Source of the DNA: Octopus sinensis
Lineage: Eukaryota
Assembly (NCBI RefSeq): GCF_006345805.1
Contig: NW_021836290.1
Location: 136,001-200,000 of the forward strand
Length of the DNA: 64,000 nt
Direction of reading: 5' to 3'
Every line of letters begins with the position of its first letter. Within the stretch, counting starts at the first letter, position 1. Shown here piece after piece: positions 35,533 through 49,000 of this stretch. The notes under the pieces were generated by a model. That model made no database searches. It was not told the DNA's origin and worked only from the letters and a program-made list of their open reading frames with translations. Position numbers and translations under genes: made by a program.

Positions 35533-38150
35533 TGTATGTATGTATGTATGTATGTGTGTGTGTATGTATGTATGTATGTATGTATGTATGTATGTATGAA
35601 TGTATGTATGTATGTGTGTATGTATGTATGTGTATGTGTGAATGTATGCGTGTGTGGGGGGAGTTGGAGTTGTGTGGGCGTAATGTACATGTGTGTGCTT
35701 GTGTGTGCACGGGCATATGTATGTGTGCGCGTGGGGTTGTATTTTTGTGTGTGTGCGTGTGTGTATATGTGTGCGTATATGTGCATGTATGTTGTACGTG
35801 TGTGGTGTGTTGGAAGTATGTGTGTGTTCGTGGATACGTGAGTATGTGTGTGTATGTGTTTCTGTATAAGGACAATAATTTATAAAAACAATAAAATAAT
35901 AAAAAAACAATAAATAATATAAAAGACGTAATAGCACATAGGGGGGAAAGGGGGAGGAAGAAATAAGAAATAAAAAAGTTGCTTGTTGTGGGAGGTAGAG
36001 CGCATCACTAGGAGGAGGGGCCTGTGTTGAGTCCGTGCGGGGTATAAGTCTGTAAAGTGAAAATGAACCGTTGCTCCAAGTGAAACCTGGATTGTGGAGG
36101 ACCGTTGTTTGGGGCGAGACCAAACACAGAGATGTCATCGGGGGAATGGCTGGCCGAGCAGAAGTGACGTGCGACGGGAGAATTAGAACGCAGCCGAAAT
36201 TCCATTAGATGTTCGGAAAATCGGTCGGCCAACCGGCGTCGCGTCTGACATACATACAGCATCCCGCAGAGGTTGCATTTTATGCAATATATGAGACCAG
36301 ACGAAGTGCACGTAAAAGAATGTCTAATACGTACAGTTCGCTGGTTGGAATCGGTGACAGCAGTGGTGTTGGTGATGAAGGGGCAGGTGTTGCAGCGGGA
36401 TCTGGAGCACGGGAAAGATCCGTGTGGGGCTGAGGGGGAAGAAGAGAGGGTGCTACGGACCAGGAGTTCGCGTAGATTCTGGGCTCGTTTGAAGGAGGAC
36501 AGGGGTGGGTTGGGGAAAATGGGGCGAGTCGTGGGATCGAACTGGAGACGACGGAAGGCACGTAGTATCTTCCGACGAAGGGTTAGAGTGGAGGGGTGGA
36601 AAAGGAGGGGAAAGGAAGTGCGGTTGGAGGGTTGGTGAGAGGAAGGAGAAAGGGCGGTGGTGCGGTCGATGCGACGAGCGCGGGCAAGGGCGTTCAAGAC
36701 CAGGGTTGATGGGTATCCTCGATGCCTGAACAGGCGGTCCAGGTACTGAGACTGAGTCTCGAAAACCTGGTCGCGGCTGCACAAGCGTCGGAGGCGGAAG
36801 AACTGGGAGTAGGGGATGGCCCGTTTGGTGTGGAAGGGATGGGAGGAGGAGAAGTTGAGATAGAGGTGGGAATCCGTGGGTTTGAAGAAGGCGGAGGTGG
36901 TGAGAGAGTGTGAGGGGCGGTCGATGCTAAGAGAGATATCAAGGAAATTAACAGAGGTATTGGAGATGGTGGAAGTGAATTGGAGAAAGGAAAGAGATGA
37001 GTTGTTCGCGGGAAAGGGAGGTAGCGCCTATGCAGTCGTCTATGTAGCGACCGTATAGTTCTGTGGTCGGCCCGGAGAATTGGGAGAATACTTGGGCCTC
37101 AATGTAGCCAACAAAGAGATTGGCGAAATTGGGGCCCATTCTCGTTCCCATCGCGACCCCAGACAATGTTGGTACGTTTCCTCGGCGAACGTGAAACAGT
37201 TGAGGGTAAGGACGAGCTCTGCCAGGCGGAGAAGGGTGGGGATGATAAGGGTGGGGTCGGGACGACGGTCGAGGAAGTATTGGAGAGCTAAGAGACCATC
37301 GTTGTGGAGAATTACAGTGTAAAGGGATTTTATGTATGAGGAGGTGTGAGGGGCTGGAAGTGAAGGAAAAGGAATTGAAGAGACAGAGGGCGTGGTTAGT
37401 GTCATGTATGTGGGATGGGAAGGCAGCGACTAAGGGGGACAGGAAGCGATCGCGGTATAGGGAAATGTGTTCAGTGGGGCAATTACAGGCGGAAACGATG
37501 TGGCGGCCAGGGTTATTGTGTTTATGAATTTTGGGAAGGAAATAGATGGTGGAGGTGCGGGGTGTACGGACGATGAGGCTGGTGGCGGTGGGGGGGAGAG
37601 CAGACGAGGAGATGAGATCGTGGATGGTGGAGGACACTCGCTGTTGGTAGGAAGAGGTGGGATCGGAGGGGAGGAGGCGATAGAAGAGGGGATTTTGAAG
37701 CTGGCTGAGTGCTTCCTCCCTGTATAGGTCCGCGCACCACACCACCACTGCTCCGCCTTTGTCTGCCGGTTTGATGACGATGTCATTGCGGCGACTTAGG
37801 TTGCGAAGGGCAATCAATTCAGCCCGAGTGAGGTTGTCTCGGAGAGGTCTTTTTTTAAAGTTAAACTGGTTGATCAACGCACTGCAGTCGTTCACGAACA
37901 AATCTAGGCTACTGAATTGGCCTGGGGGCGGCGTCCAGTTGGATGGGCGGCGCCCCAGCTCCAGAAAGCAATCCTGATTGTCGTGACGCTGTGGAGACGC
38001 GTGGAAAAATGGGCAAAGTTTGAGGCGGCGCAGGAACTGGTTGACGTCGGTCCGTGTCTCAAATTCGTCACAGTGGCGCGTGAGAGGCGTGAAGCGGAGT
38101 CCCTTACTGAGGAGAGAGCGCAGAGGTCAAACCCACTAAATGGCAACTAA
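34375..38150 (-). mobile_element. Large Neptune-type Penelope-like element (RT + GIY-YIG, frameshifted) with long CA-rich 3' region and distal pLTR-like end
   Basis: IVIKPADKGGAVVVW, YFLPKIHK, GVAMGTRMGPNFANLFVG, GRYIDDC, PCSRSRCNTC, LIYCIKC..YV.QT..RLADRFSEH, TYTPHGLN (36008-38146). Extension to 34375 is inferred from the hammerhead-like motif and the (TA)n junction. Confidence 0.85.
34476..34511 (-). ncRNA. Minimal PLE-type hammerhead-like motif (U4C variant)
   Basis: GUUU-CCGACGA-A-GA(C)GC ucc GCUC-GAAA-C-GUU^-AAAC; palindromic ACGU stem III. Confidence 0.5.
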
Positions 38151-38186
38151 ATGTCTTCTACTATAGCCTCAGGCCGACCAAAGCCT

Positions 38187-38258
<72 letters not shown>

Positions 38259-38465
38259 TATGTATATGTTTGTGTATCTGCGTTTGTCCCCACCGTCGCT
38301 TGACAACCGATGTTGGTGTATTTACGTCCCCGTAACTTAGAGGTTTGACAAAAGAGACCGATAGAATAAGTACTAGGCTTACAAAGAATAAGTTCTGGGG
38401 TCGATTTGCTCGACTAAAGCCGGTGCTCCAGCATGGCCGCAGTCAAATGACTGAAACAAAAGTAT
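38150..38465 (+). mobile_element. Abundant SINE copy, 5'-truncated
   Basis: Tail ggtgctccagcatggccgcagtcaaatgactgaaac. Confidence 0.85.
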
Positions 38466-38558
38466 AAAAGAAAAAGAGCGTCTGGAAAAAAAGGCTTCGT
38501 TATATTTATTCAGTCTCTTTACATTCTTTGGTTAAAATCAAATCACATTTATTTATAA

Positions 38559-38610
<52 letters not shown>

Positions 38611-38927
38611 GGCGCATGGCTTAGTAGTTAGGGTATTCGGCTCACGATTGTAAGGTCATGAGTTCGATTCCTGGAGACGTATTGTGTCCTTGAGCAGGAC
38701 ACTTTATTTCACGTTGCTCCAGTCCATTCAGCTGGCAAAGATGAGTTGTACCTGTATTTCAAAGGGCCAGCCTTGTCACATTCTGTGTCACGCTGAATCT
38801 CCCTGAAAACTATGTTAGGGGTACACGTGTCTGTGGATTGCTCAGTCACTTGCACGTTAATTTCACAAGTAAGCTGTTCCGTTGATCGTATCAGCTGGGA
38901 CCCTTGTTGTCGTAACCGACGGAGTGA
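38611..38927 (+). mobile_element. tRNA-derived SINE (head type B, tail X)
   Basis: ggcgcatggcttagtagtt..gagttcgattcc head; 3' half matches the reverse complement of 17177-17390. Confidence 0.85.
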
Positions 38928-38989
38928 TCCTTCATCTGGAAAGTTCTACAGATTTTTATAATTTCAGTGACGGATTGAATCTGTAGCCA

Positions 38990-39397
38990 TCGAATCAGCT
39001 TTCTCCTTTTGAGAAGCCTAATTTCTTAAGATTAGTATTTAGGTAGCGTGTTATTTATCCTAGGGCTCCATTAATTACAGGTACAAACCTGAACTTGTAA
39101 TCTGGATAGAGTTAACTGCAGATTTCTCAATAGTTCAGCGTTGGTATTCTCTTTTTCACTGTTCTTCAGTTTTATATTAACATCTGTTGGATAGCTAATT
39201 CCCACAACTATACACGGATTCTCTTCTCTGTCCTAAATGATTATATCAGATCTGTTGTCCCTATATTTTATTGGGACAATCCGCCAGTATTATTATGAGT
39301 GGCTATGGCTTCAAACATACTGTGTTATTTTTATTTCTTTGTCCTCGAGGTTAACCTTGTGACAGATTTCATTATATAGTGTCCTAGCTACAACATC

Positions 39398-39400
<3 letters not shown>
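38990..39400 (-). mobile_element. R4/Dong-like RLE-domain fragment (another subfamily)
   Basis: YDVVARTLYNEICHK..VPIKYRDNRSDIII.DRE..CIVVGISYPTDVNIKLK..EKE. Confidence 0.6.
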
Positions 39401-39430
<30 letters not shown>

Positions 39431-39469
39431 TGTATGTATGTATGTATGTATGTATGTATGTATGTATGT

Positions 39470-39635
39470 ACGTGTCCCACCACCGTTTGACAACATAGCG
39501 GTCTGTCATAAGAATCCGATAGAATAGTGCCGGGCTTAAAATTTAAGTACTGGGGTCGATACAATCAACTAAAAATTCTACAAAGCATGTTCCGGCATGG
39601 CAGTAGTCTAATGACTAATACAGGTAAAAGATAAA
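39470..39635 (+). mobile_element. Diverged SINE tail
   Basis: Similarity to 38290-38460. Confidence 0.65.
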
Positions 39636-40216
39636 TGACAAAAGATATGAAGACTGCATTTTTTTTTTCACATAGAAAGGGTCGGGTGGCTGAGTTCAGT
39701 TTGAAAGGGGTTTGAGTGTTAAAAAGATAAATGTAAGGGAGATAACAAGATTTGACTTATTAGTGAGCATAGTTTTGTCGTAATTACTTCCCTTGGTCCT
39801 GAATGTCTTTAAGAAATTCGGACAATAAGAATTAAGACGCTGTCGTTAAAGCCACGTAAACAATGAGACATGGGTTCGAGTTACACGGACTGCTCACATC
39901 TTTTCAATCCCCTTTTATATCAGAAGTAGGATGAAGTGCATAGAGATATGCAGATTTGTATAGGTCATTTGTTTATATTGTATGTATGTATGTATGTATG
40001 TATGTATGTATGTATGTATGCATGTATGTATGTATGCACACATGCATATAAGTATGCCCCCCTCTTGTCTCTACCAATATTTTCTTTGCATTTACTGCAC
40101 ATCAAAAAAAGAAACTCTTACAGCGTATCTTATTAAGAATTTTACGGAAACTATTCGTTCGAAGAAGGAGTTTATCCACTAAACTGAGGGAGATCTAATT
40201 GATGAATTCTGATAGA

Positions 40217-41465
40217 TACATACATGCATGCATAAATACGTACGTACGTACGTACATACATACATACATACATACATACATACATACATACATACATACA
40301 TACATACGTACATACGTACATACATACATACATACATACATACATACATACATACATACGTACATACGTACATACATACATACATACATACAAACATACA
40401 TACATACATACATACATACATACATACATACGTACATACACACATACATACATACATACATACATACGTACGTACGTACGTACGTACATACATACATACA
40501 TACATACATACATACATACATACATACATACATACATACATACATACATACGTACGTACGTACGTACGTACATACATACATACATACATACATACATACA
40601 TACATACGTACGTACGTACGTACGTACATACATACATACATACATACATACATACATACATACATACATACATACGTACGTACGTACGTACGTACGTACA
40701 TACATACATACATACATACATACATACATACATACATACATACACACATACATACATACATACATACATACATACATACATACATACATACATACATACA
40801 TACATACATACATACATACATACATACATACGTACGTACGTACGTACATACATACATACATACATACATACATACATACATACATACATACATACATACA
40901 CACATACATACATACATACATACATACATACGTACGTACGTACGTACGTACATACATACATACATACATACATACATACATACATACATACGTACGTACG
41001 TACGTACGTACATACATACATACATACATACATACATACATACGTACGTACGTACGTACGTACATACATACATACATACATTCATACATACATACATACA
41101 TACGTACATACATACATACATACATACATACATACATGCATGCATAAATACGTACGTACGTACGTACATACATACATACATACATACATACATACATACA
41201 TACATACATACGTACATACGCACATACATACATACATACATACATACATACATACATTCATACATACATACATACATACATACGTATATACGCACATACA
41301 TACATACATACATACATACATACATACATACATACATACATACATACATACGTACATACGCACATACATACATACATACATACATACATACATACATACA
41401 TACATACATACATACATACATACGTACGTACATACATACATATATACATACGTACATACGCACAT
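40217..41465. repeat. ~1.25-kb compound (TACA)n/(CGTA)n microsatellite
   Basis: Direct inspection; source of the long HTYI/MYVC pseudo-ORFs. Confidence 0.97.
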
Positions 41466-41479
41466 ACATGTGTTGTATA

Positions 41480-43200
41480 TCTTTATTTATGGCCGGTTAG
41501 AAAGCTATCATTCGTTTCACATATACAATCGCACTAGACAATATAGACGATTCATCAGACCTACTAGCCAGAAGCACATAGTGTCTTTACTCGAGAATAT
41601 AAAATTGCAGTCTTTTTTCAGTTTGGTGGTGAAAAACATCTCTGAATCAAAACAAAATATTCAAAGAGTGACAAAGTTACCTTCTCTAAAAACGATTCCG
41701 GCTGTGTTTGAAATAGGTCAGTTTGTGTACATTTTTTTGTTCACTAGTCTTCAAACGAAGACCACGTTTTCAAAATGAATTTTCGATCATGAGGGCAGTG
41801 ACTAAATAACTCACCGTTTGAATTCAATAAGGCGCCGGATCCTGCAATTTTTTAGGATCATTGTCCTCTCAGCCAAGCAAAGTTTGCTGCTACTGTTGGA
41901 CACCACTTCTGCTTCGTAAACTACGGCCTGTGAGTTGCATCGATTATCTACTGGGTATTCACTGCAAACCCTGCCTCTGTGTTTTTAAGGTATTCGCTAA
42001 TATCTTTTTTTACACTAGACACACACTTAAACGAGATCCTTAAGTTATATCTATTGAATAATCTTCTATAACTATGAGACTGTGTGGAATGTTTATCTAC
42101 TTATCTCAGGAGGGCTCTTCCTAACGCAGATTTTGACGTTGAGTGAGAAAGGTGGGACCAACCAAAGGACCTTACGACAATATATAGGTGACGCAGTCCT
42201 TAAACCAGCTAACTACTAGATCTCGTTGTTACAGAGGGCCGCAGCATCAAAAATGTCTTTATTCAAAGACATACTAAAAATCTTCTTATTGACACCCTTC
42301 ATCAGGTTCTTAAACACAACAGGTATGTGACAGGAGGTCATGTTAATGTATGGCAGCCCTTCGTTGGGTTTACGGTCCGGCCTGAATGAGCCAGTACCCA
42401 AAACGAGCGAAACATCTAAAAAGTTAATTACGATAAGACTGGTTTCAATTGTAATCTAAAGATCAATTAAGCTAAGTGAATGAATCAAGTCTTCCTTAAG
42501 CTTATCCAATGTGTCCCCATTTTCGCCTCTATAGATAGCTAAAACATTATCTCTGTACAGGTTAAATGGACTGACAGGGACCTCTTATTGAAGTGTTCAA
42601 TCCTATGAAGTCGCAGATATCTGCACTGTCGAATATTGCCGTCGCCACTTCGAAAGAGTTTTCTGTGTCAGATCGTTAGACCAAGGCCGAGCATTCGTTG
42701 ATCAGTGGGATTTTCTAATTACTTCTATATCCCTGTCACTAACACCAGTAAATAAGCGCCCTTTTTAGTAACCCTTTTTATAAAGATAAAAAGTGCCCTA
42801 TATCTAACTGGGTGAACCTTTCCTACCTCAACCTTTCTTCGCCTTAAACCTTGAAATTATTTAAGGGTGTTATGCTACAAGGAGAGAAAGAATGCATTCA
42901 TAATGTCGTCGTTAATCTTCAAGATATGATTGCTTAAAGTTGGAATTAACCTTTTATTTTCCGGCGCGGCAACCATTTGCCACTTCACCTCAAACCTAAA
43001 ATAATATCCGAAGCAGAGAAAGGGATGAATTCACTTTGCGAAGCCGAGCGTTCTTAAGGCCACAATTGAAATGCAAAATCATGTTGTCTTGTTGACAAAA
43101 AGAAAGTCAAATAACAGCAGCAACAACAACAAAAACACGAACAAACACAACAGCAATAACAACAATAAAAACAACATCGCTAACAGAGAGAAAATAAAGG
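41480..43200 (-). mobile_element. Decayed Naiad-like Penelope element
   Basis: FEVATAIFDSADICDFIGL, NLYRDNVLA (YRDD-type), VINFLDV..GTGSFRPDRKPN, VDKH..RRLFNRYNLRISFKC, AVVYEAEV, LCLAE..LLNSNGELFSHCPHDRKF; the clade name is from recalled motif patterns. Confidence 0.75.
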
Positions 43201-44739
43201 CTAAAAGAGCAGAAACAAGGACAAGAGCAAAGGTATTCGAAACTTGAAATTCCCGAGGGAGAAAAAGTAGTTAAACAACAATAACAACAACACCTTCAAA
43301 ATCTAGTTATAGCAGTGATTGTGATAGCACAATCTTTTCTTCCACCATCATCACCAACAACAACAACAATAGAAGCAATGAAAACGCAATGGAAGATTCC
43401 TAGATTGACAACCATTTATACATTGCAAAAGCACTGATACAGTTGATACCTCTTTCCACTAGCGGAACCTCGTTCTCAACACAAAAAGGCTAACTCATTT
43501 GCAGCAACCATCAAAATCGATAGCATTTAGCAAAGAGTTACTAACAGAGATTGTAGCAATATCGTTCTCTCATTGCTATCTTCACTGTTTGAGAAGAGTA
43601 TTAAGAATACTCTCGTTCGAGATTACAAACATCTTCGGCTAGTTCAACATTGTTGTAAACACTAATTCGATTGGCTGACACGTGGTCTCTACTACGTTCG
43701 CACCGCTGGTTATCACGTGACGCGATTTGCCTCCGCTTATTTTCGCGCCATAGTTCCAAGCAGCCAATCACAGCTTTCCATTTCTGAAGTTCATTTGGAG
43801 CCACATAAACCTTATAAAACAAGGTTTCTCAGACAAGTATTCGTCTTAGGTTTCAAGTCCTTCTCAGGGCTAACCTCTGACCACACAGAGCATACTCGAC
43901 CATGTTCCAGTTTCTAAAGGCAGGCGACCACCATTAATACAAGATGTTACAGATACCTCTCATACTGTTAGTGTGAAAATATCACCATGAAAAAACGGTT
44001 ACAGGATATCTATAACTAGAGAAAAATAACCAAGCAGAATATATAATGAAGACGCAGCAAAAACCAAGCGACAGACACAACTCATCGCCGAACATCGAAG
44101 GTTTAATTTGTACACAAGACAACTACAGATTCAACTATAGCGGTTAGGTGAAAATCTCACCACGGGAAAAACGGCTACAGTTAACACATCTGGAAGTATA
44201 TTCATATCAAGAGAAAGATAAACACAATGAGTGATTCAATTAATCTCAACTACGAGACGCAACATCTTGATATGGAACTCTTACACTGTACCTCATAAAC
44301 GGTAAATCAATTATCTGTTCTTGGGTTCTAGTTCTTCTAAGAACTACCTTAAGCCATCTGTTACTACCTGTTGCCAGGCTGATACCAACAACATGAACTG
44401 TGAACCAAATTCCATCGTCATTTCACTGGTCAGTACCTTTTACGCCTCACGAACACACAGACACAAAAACATGCTAACGCTTACGAACTCTTAGAATCCA
44501 CATGATTGTAAAATATGTAAAATAAATAATATTTATCTACCAACAGAAGACTTGTGTCAATTCACTTATGTCCTATTATCGTTTGTATGTATTTTATGGC
44601 TTTGAATAATTCGTTAAGAGTAGAACCGCGTGCAATCGTATTTCCTACACAATACGACCAAGCGTGATCCTATTTCTTACAAGATAAATAGATTAGAGGA
44701 AAAACTTGCTAGTAATATAGAAGAGATGATTAGTAAAAG

Positions 44740-45510
44740 TATCGAGACCGACATGCCACTGACGAAAATGGCCTTTGACCATTTCTTCAACGCGAAGCAT
44801 GAGGGCTGCGTCGTCAGAGTAAGGACCGTACGTTAAAACACAAGAAAACAAGAGTTGTCTGATGGGTCCGAGAGCGGAGTTTCGGCATGAAAAGTCACAA
44901 TTAGGCTTTTGATGGATCGGGACAGGTGCGTACCATTCGGCTCAGAATAAATACGTACGCCTTTCCGGGAGCACTTCGTTCGGCTGTTTGTAAGTTAAGT
45001 AACAAATGATGAGTTTGAAACGATAGTGAGCTTTAGTGCCTGCCTCGACATTCTATTGCGGCTCTCAGAAGAAGACGTAAAGGGAGACGATGAGCGGTTG
45101 CACAAGGTGCAAATCGCAGAGTTTGGGTGACCAGCACTACGAATTCAACGAATTCGCATCAGACTTGATTAATGTTCTTTTGTCAGATATTTGTTGCGAC
45201 TGGCTGCAATACGGAGAATTCCTAGGGCTGTGAGCCAAAGGGTGGTAACACTGCTAGGCAAGGGCGCTGACAAAAGAAAAGTCGTCGATACTTTTTAGTT
45301 CGTAACTATGGTAAAACAGAGTTGAAGATATTGTCCAAGATGTTAACGTTTGCCATCGATGGTCTGGTAAGAGAAATGCAAACGAGTGCGATCTTCAACA
45401 GATCCCTTTACGACAACTCCACTCTCCTTATACATCTCATAGAAACATTTGGGAACAATGCTGCTTCCAGAGGGGCTCTGGCCAATTTGTATCAGTCGAA
45501 AGCTGTAATA
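44740..45510 (+). mobile_element. Tx1/L1-clade LINE fragment (linker and RT N-terminal motifs)
   Basis: MAFDHFFNAKHEGCVVRVR..; RIPRAVSQRVVTLL.K..; ELKILSKML..IDGLVREMQTSAI.NRSLYDN..GGAL..L.QSKA. Confidence 0.7.
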
Positions 45511-46014
45511 TAGCAGCAGATCGAATGGATTATATTGGATATTATAAAACAGGAACTTTTACACCATTTATTCTTATGTATTCATATTGCTTTCTTTTTC
45601 TTTTTTCTTCTTATTCTCAATTTAATTTTATTTGGTATTAGTTTAATAATCTCCATGCCAAGTAACTTGGAAACTGTTCTGAACCGTTTTCAGAAGTTGG
45701 ATCGCTTCAATGCACAACGGTCAAAGTACACGGCCACCTAACGGAAATCACTAAAAAAATAAACTTTCCTCTCAGAACCCATTGGTTTATGAGAATAAAT
45801 GTATGGTTCGATGGCTGGATGCTGACTGGATGGATGGATGGATGCATGCATGCATGCATGCATGGATGGATGGATGGATAACAGAAGCCAAAGAAGGTTA
45901 GCATACTTATCTTTAAAAAAGTTTTTTTTTTAATTAGGAACTGAAATAAAAAGAAGTGATGTATGATTTACGTATAGAGTTAAGCCCCTAATAATCCAGT
46001 TAGATTAGCTGATA

Positions 46015-49000
46015 TTCCCCAGAACCCACCACTAATTGCTACAGAAACCCTTTTGAGTGGAAATTTTTTTTCAGGTGTGAACTTTTGGATTTCAGGATTA
46101 GGCAACCAAGGTACAAACAGGTAACACTTCTTATGAAGCTATCAAGACATTTTTTGTGTTCTAACCTATGTTTTTCTAGTACATCTTTCACATGGAAATG
46201 TCTGCCAAGAGATTTAGAACTACCCTATAGTCTTACCAGGAATAGCCTCACCCCACTTTAACCTTTAACCGGCATTGTATGTACTATACAATTGGTACAA
46301 GAAGTGTGTATGATATAGTATGACCAAGTATTGGATTCTAAAGTTGGGATGTTTGTGTTGCATGTAAGACATCAATAGAGGTAATAATATTCATAATTAC
46401 ATGTAGGTTTTCCCATAATGCCTATCTTTAGGCCTATATTAATATTTAACCATTTTCTTTTGCGTATTTTGCAACAAGAAACTGACAGATGGAGCAACAG
46501 TTACACTGGGTGACAAGGGTTGTGAACGCATAGCAAAAGCAAGTCTTCAACGTGAATCCAGTATTATGGTGAAACAGCCCAAGGATGATGATTCAGAAGC
46601 AGAGAAGTTGAGACCGAAGTTGAGACTGCGGTCAATTTCATTAGAATTGATTTTAAGTCAGTTGCACAACTGAACTACACTTACCCAACTAGTCTTTCAA
46701 TGAGGATATCAATGAGGAAGCTACTAACTATATTCCAGAGTCACTATGCTTACTACTGAACACCGTATTTGTTGGAAAAGAAAAACGGTTGTAGGTGTGC
46801 TCATTGAGGCAAGCGATATTGCAGGCTGCTCGCCCCAGAGTTCTGACTGAACTATTGCAATTAGGTCCAGGTGTGCAAATGCATTCGCATTTTGCCTCAT
46901 GATTTCTGATTGACACACTGAATGCCCATGGATTCTGTAGTTCATATGCAAAAATATGAACGAAGTGCAGCAGTAAACAAGATATTAGACATTTCGGGGT
47001 TCCCCCTGGACAGTTTGTTCAATATGTGGCCGACAACATGGATCATGACACTAGGACTCTTGACGACTCTAGGACATTCCACAGAATGGGTGTTATAGCA
47101 GTTACCCAAATGTGATGGCACTTCGGTGGTAAAACTTGTGTCTGCGACAGCAGAGGAGATCGCTGCAGTAGAACATATCAGCTTTAAGACATTCATATCA
47201 CTTGGTGATGAAATTGCTAATATCAAGTATGAAGCTTTGCCAGAGGAACTCAAGCACAGGGAAAGCCCCAAGGTAGATCTCCTGTGAAAAACGTCCCTGT
47301 CAGTCCGGTTACCAAGACCAGCATCGTCGGGATACATGCAAATGTTAAACAACGGAGACCACCCAGGACAGTCATCTACCATGTTCCTTCCTACGGTTGA
47401 TATGAACTCGAATGACATGACATGTGTCAACTCAACCTTACACTTCGTTGCAGAGCATGCCAAGCGTTATGGAGCAACACCAGAGTTCACTTTTGACCAG
47501 CTCTTGTGTTTCAAAGCAACTACAATTGTGGAAAATGCTAGAGAGGATATTGATCTACATCCGATTATTTTAAGACTTGGGGGATTTCACACATTAATTA
47601 GCTGTCTGGGTAGCATTGGACACTTGATGAGAAGAACTGGCCTTCAAGAAATCTTGGAAGTGATCTTCGCTGGGAATACTGTTACCCATACATTCACTGG
47701 AAACGCTGTTGCTTGTGCCATTCATGGTCATCACCTTATAGATTCTGTCCTTCACACACTTCTCTTGAGCAGCCTGTTGGGGATCAAGTTGCCTTTATCC
47801 AATGGCAGTGTGCCACTGGAATTGGAGACTATAGGGAACATCTGTGATGATCTCCTCTCTAGCGAAATCACCCTCAATGATGTGTAATCATCTTTGTACC
47901 TGCAGGAGCTACAGCAGAAACTTGAGACACACAAGAACATGTTGGAATCGATCTACCGTACTGCACGCCGGTGACTGCAATACATGGAGATGATAGACAT
48001 CATGAGGTCATTCATGCGATCAGAACAAACCGGAGATTGGTACCTTGATCTGGAGACGTTGCAAGCCAAGCTTCCGTACTTAGCTGCCTCCGGCCATAAC
48101 TTGTGCACGAAGTTATTGCACCTCTATCTGCAGAAGATGACAAAACTGGAAGGCACACACCTCAATGTCTACCAACAGTTCAGCAAGGGACTACATGTAA
48201 AGAGGGGTGGCCGCTTCTGGATAGAGTTGCCTCCAGACCTGGTGATCGAACAGGACGTGATTGGAAGCCTGAAGACGAGTGGAAGTCTTTCTAGAGGGAG
48301 GGGAATGACAGAAACCGAAAGACTGGTCTAGTGTCTTTCAATGCCAATCTGTGCAGAAGTAAACATAGCAATGCAACAGCTGACATCCATCACATACGAG
48401 ATGAGTAAACAGCATAAAGACATTAGAAACGCGGCAAACAAGGGAGAATAGTAACCAGCCAATTGCTGTCCTTCATTGATTGGAGGTCTCCATTCGAAGC
48501 AGACTCATCCCTCTGCAACATAGTCAGTTAATGTGGATGATGCAAAAAAGGATCGGATATGATATTCTTAATGAAATGGTTGGACAACATGTGGTCAAGT
48601 ACAGTTTCAAAAGGAAAGCCCAAGCTATGACTTTTGACTCAAAGTCGGCAATCAAGACAGGTGATGAGGAAGTACAGATCGATCTTCTTCTATTTCAACA
48701 ACTCATTATTGTAGGATTTCAGGCAAAGGATCTTTCGAATCTATGAACTCTGCAACTACCCACCTGCCTTGTTCGAAGGGAAGGAAAAACTCCCGAAAGC
48801 TGTAAGGCCACAACTAGCTGATGCCGTCTGGTCCGAGGTACCACACAACCCAGCACCATGTAAAAATATTACATTCATCCTTGATGGAGGTGCCCTTCTC
48901 TATTTCATTCCATGGCAACTTGGTGAAACATGCAAGACATTGCAGGACTATACCAGATACGTTACAAACGCTATGGTCAGGCAGTGTTTGTATTTGATGG

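Noticed and set aside
41514-41558. CUGAUGA...GAAAC hammerhead on the minus strand at the 3' end of the Naiad-like element
   Set aside because: Stem II does not close next to GAAA, and no stem I or III pairing is evident; at most a decayed relic.
40172-41778. Long ORFs of 300-516 aa (HTYI/MYVC repeats)
   Set aside because: Translations of the stop-free (TACA)n satellite. The same applies to ORFs over TG, TA and CA tracts at 4.6-4.9, 25.3-25.7, 28.0-28.3, 34.9-36.1 and 51.4-51.8 kb.
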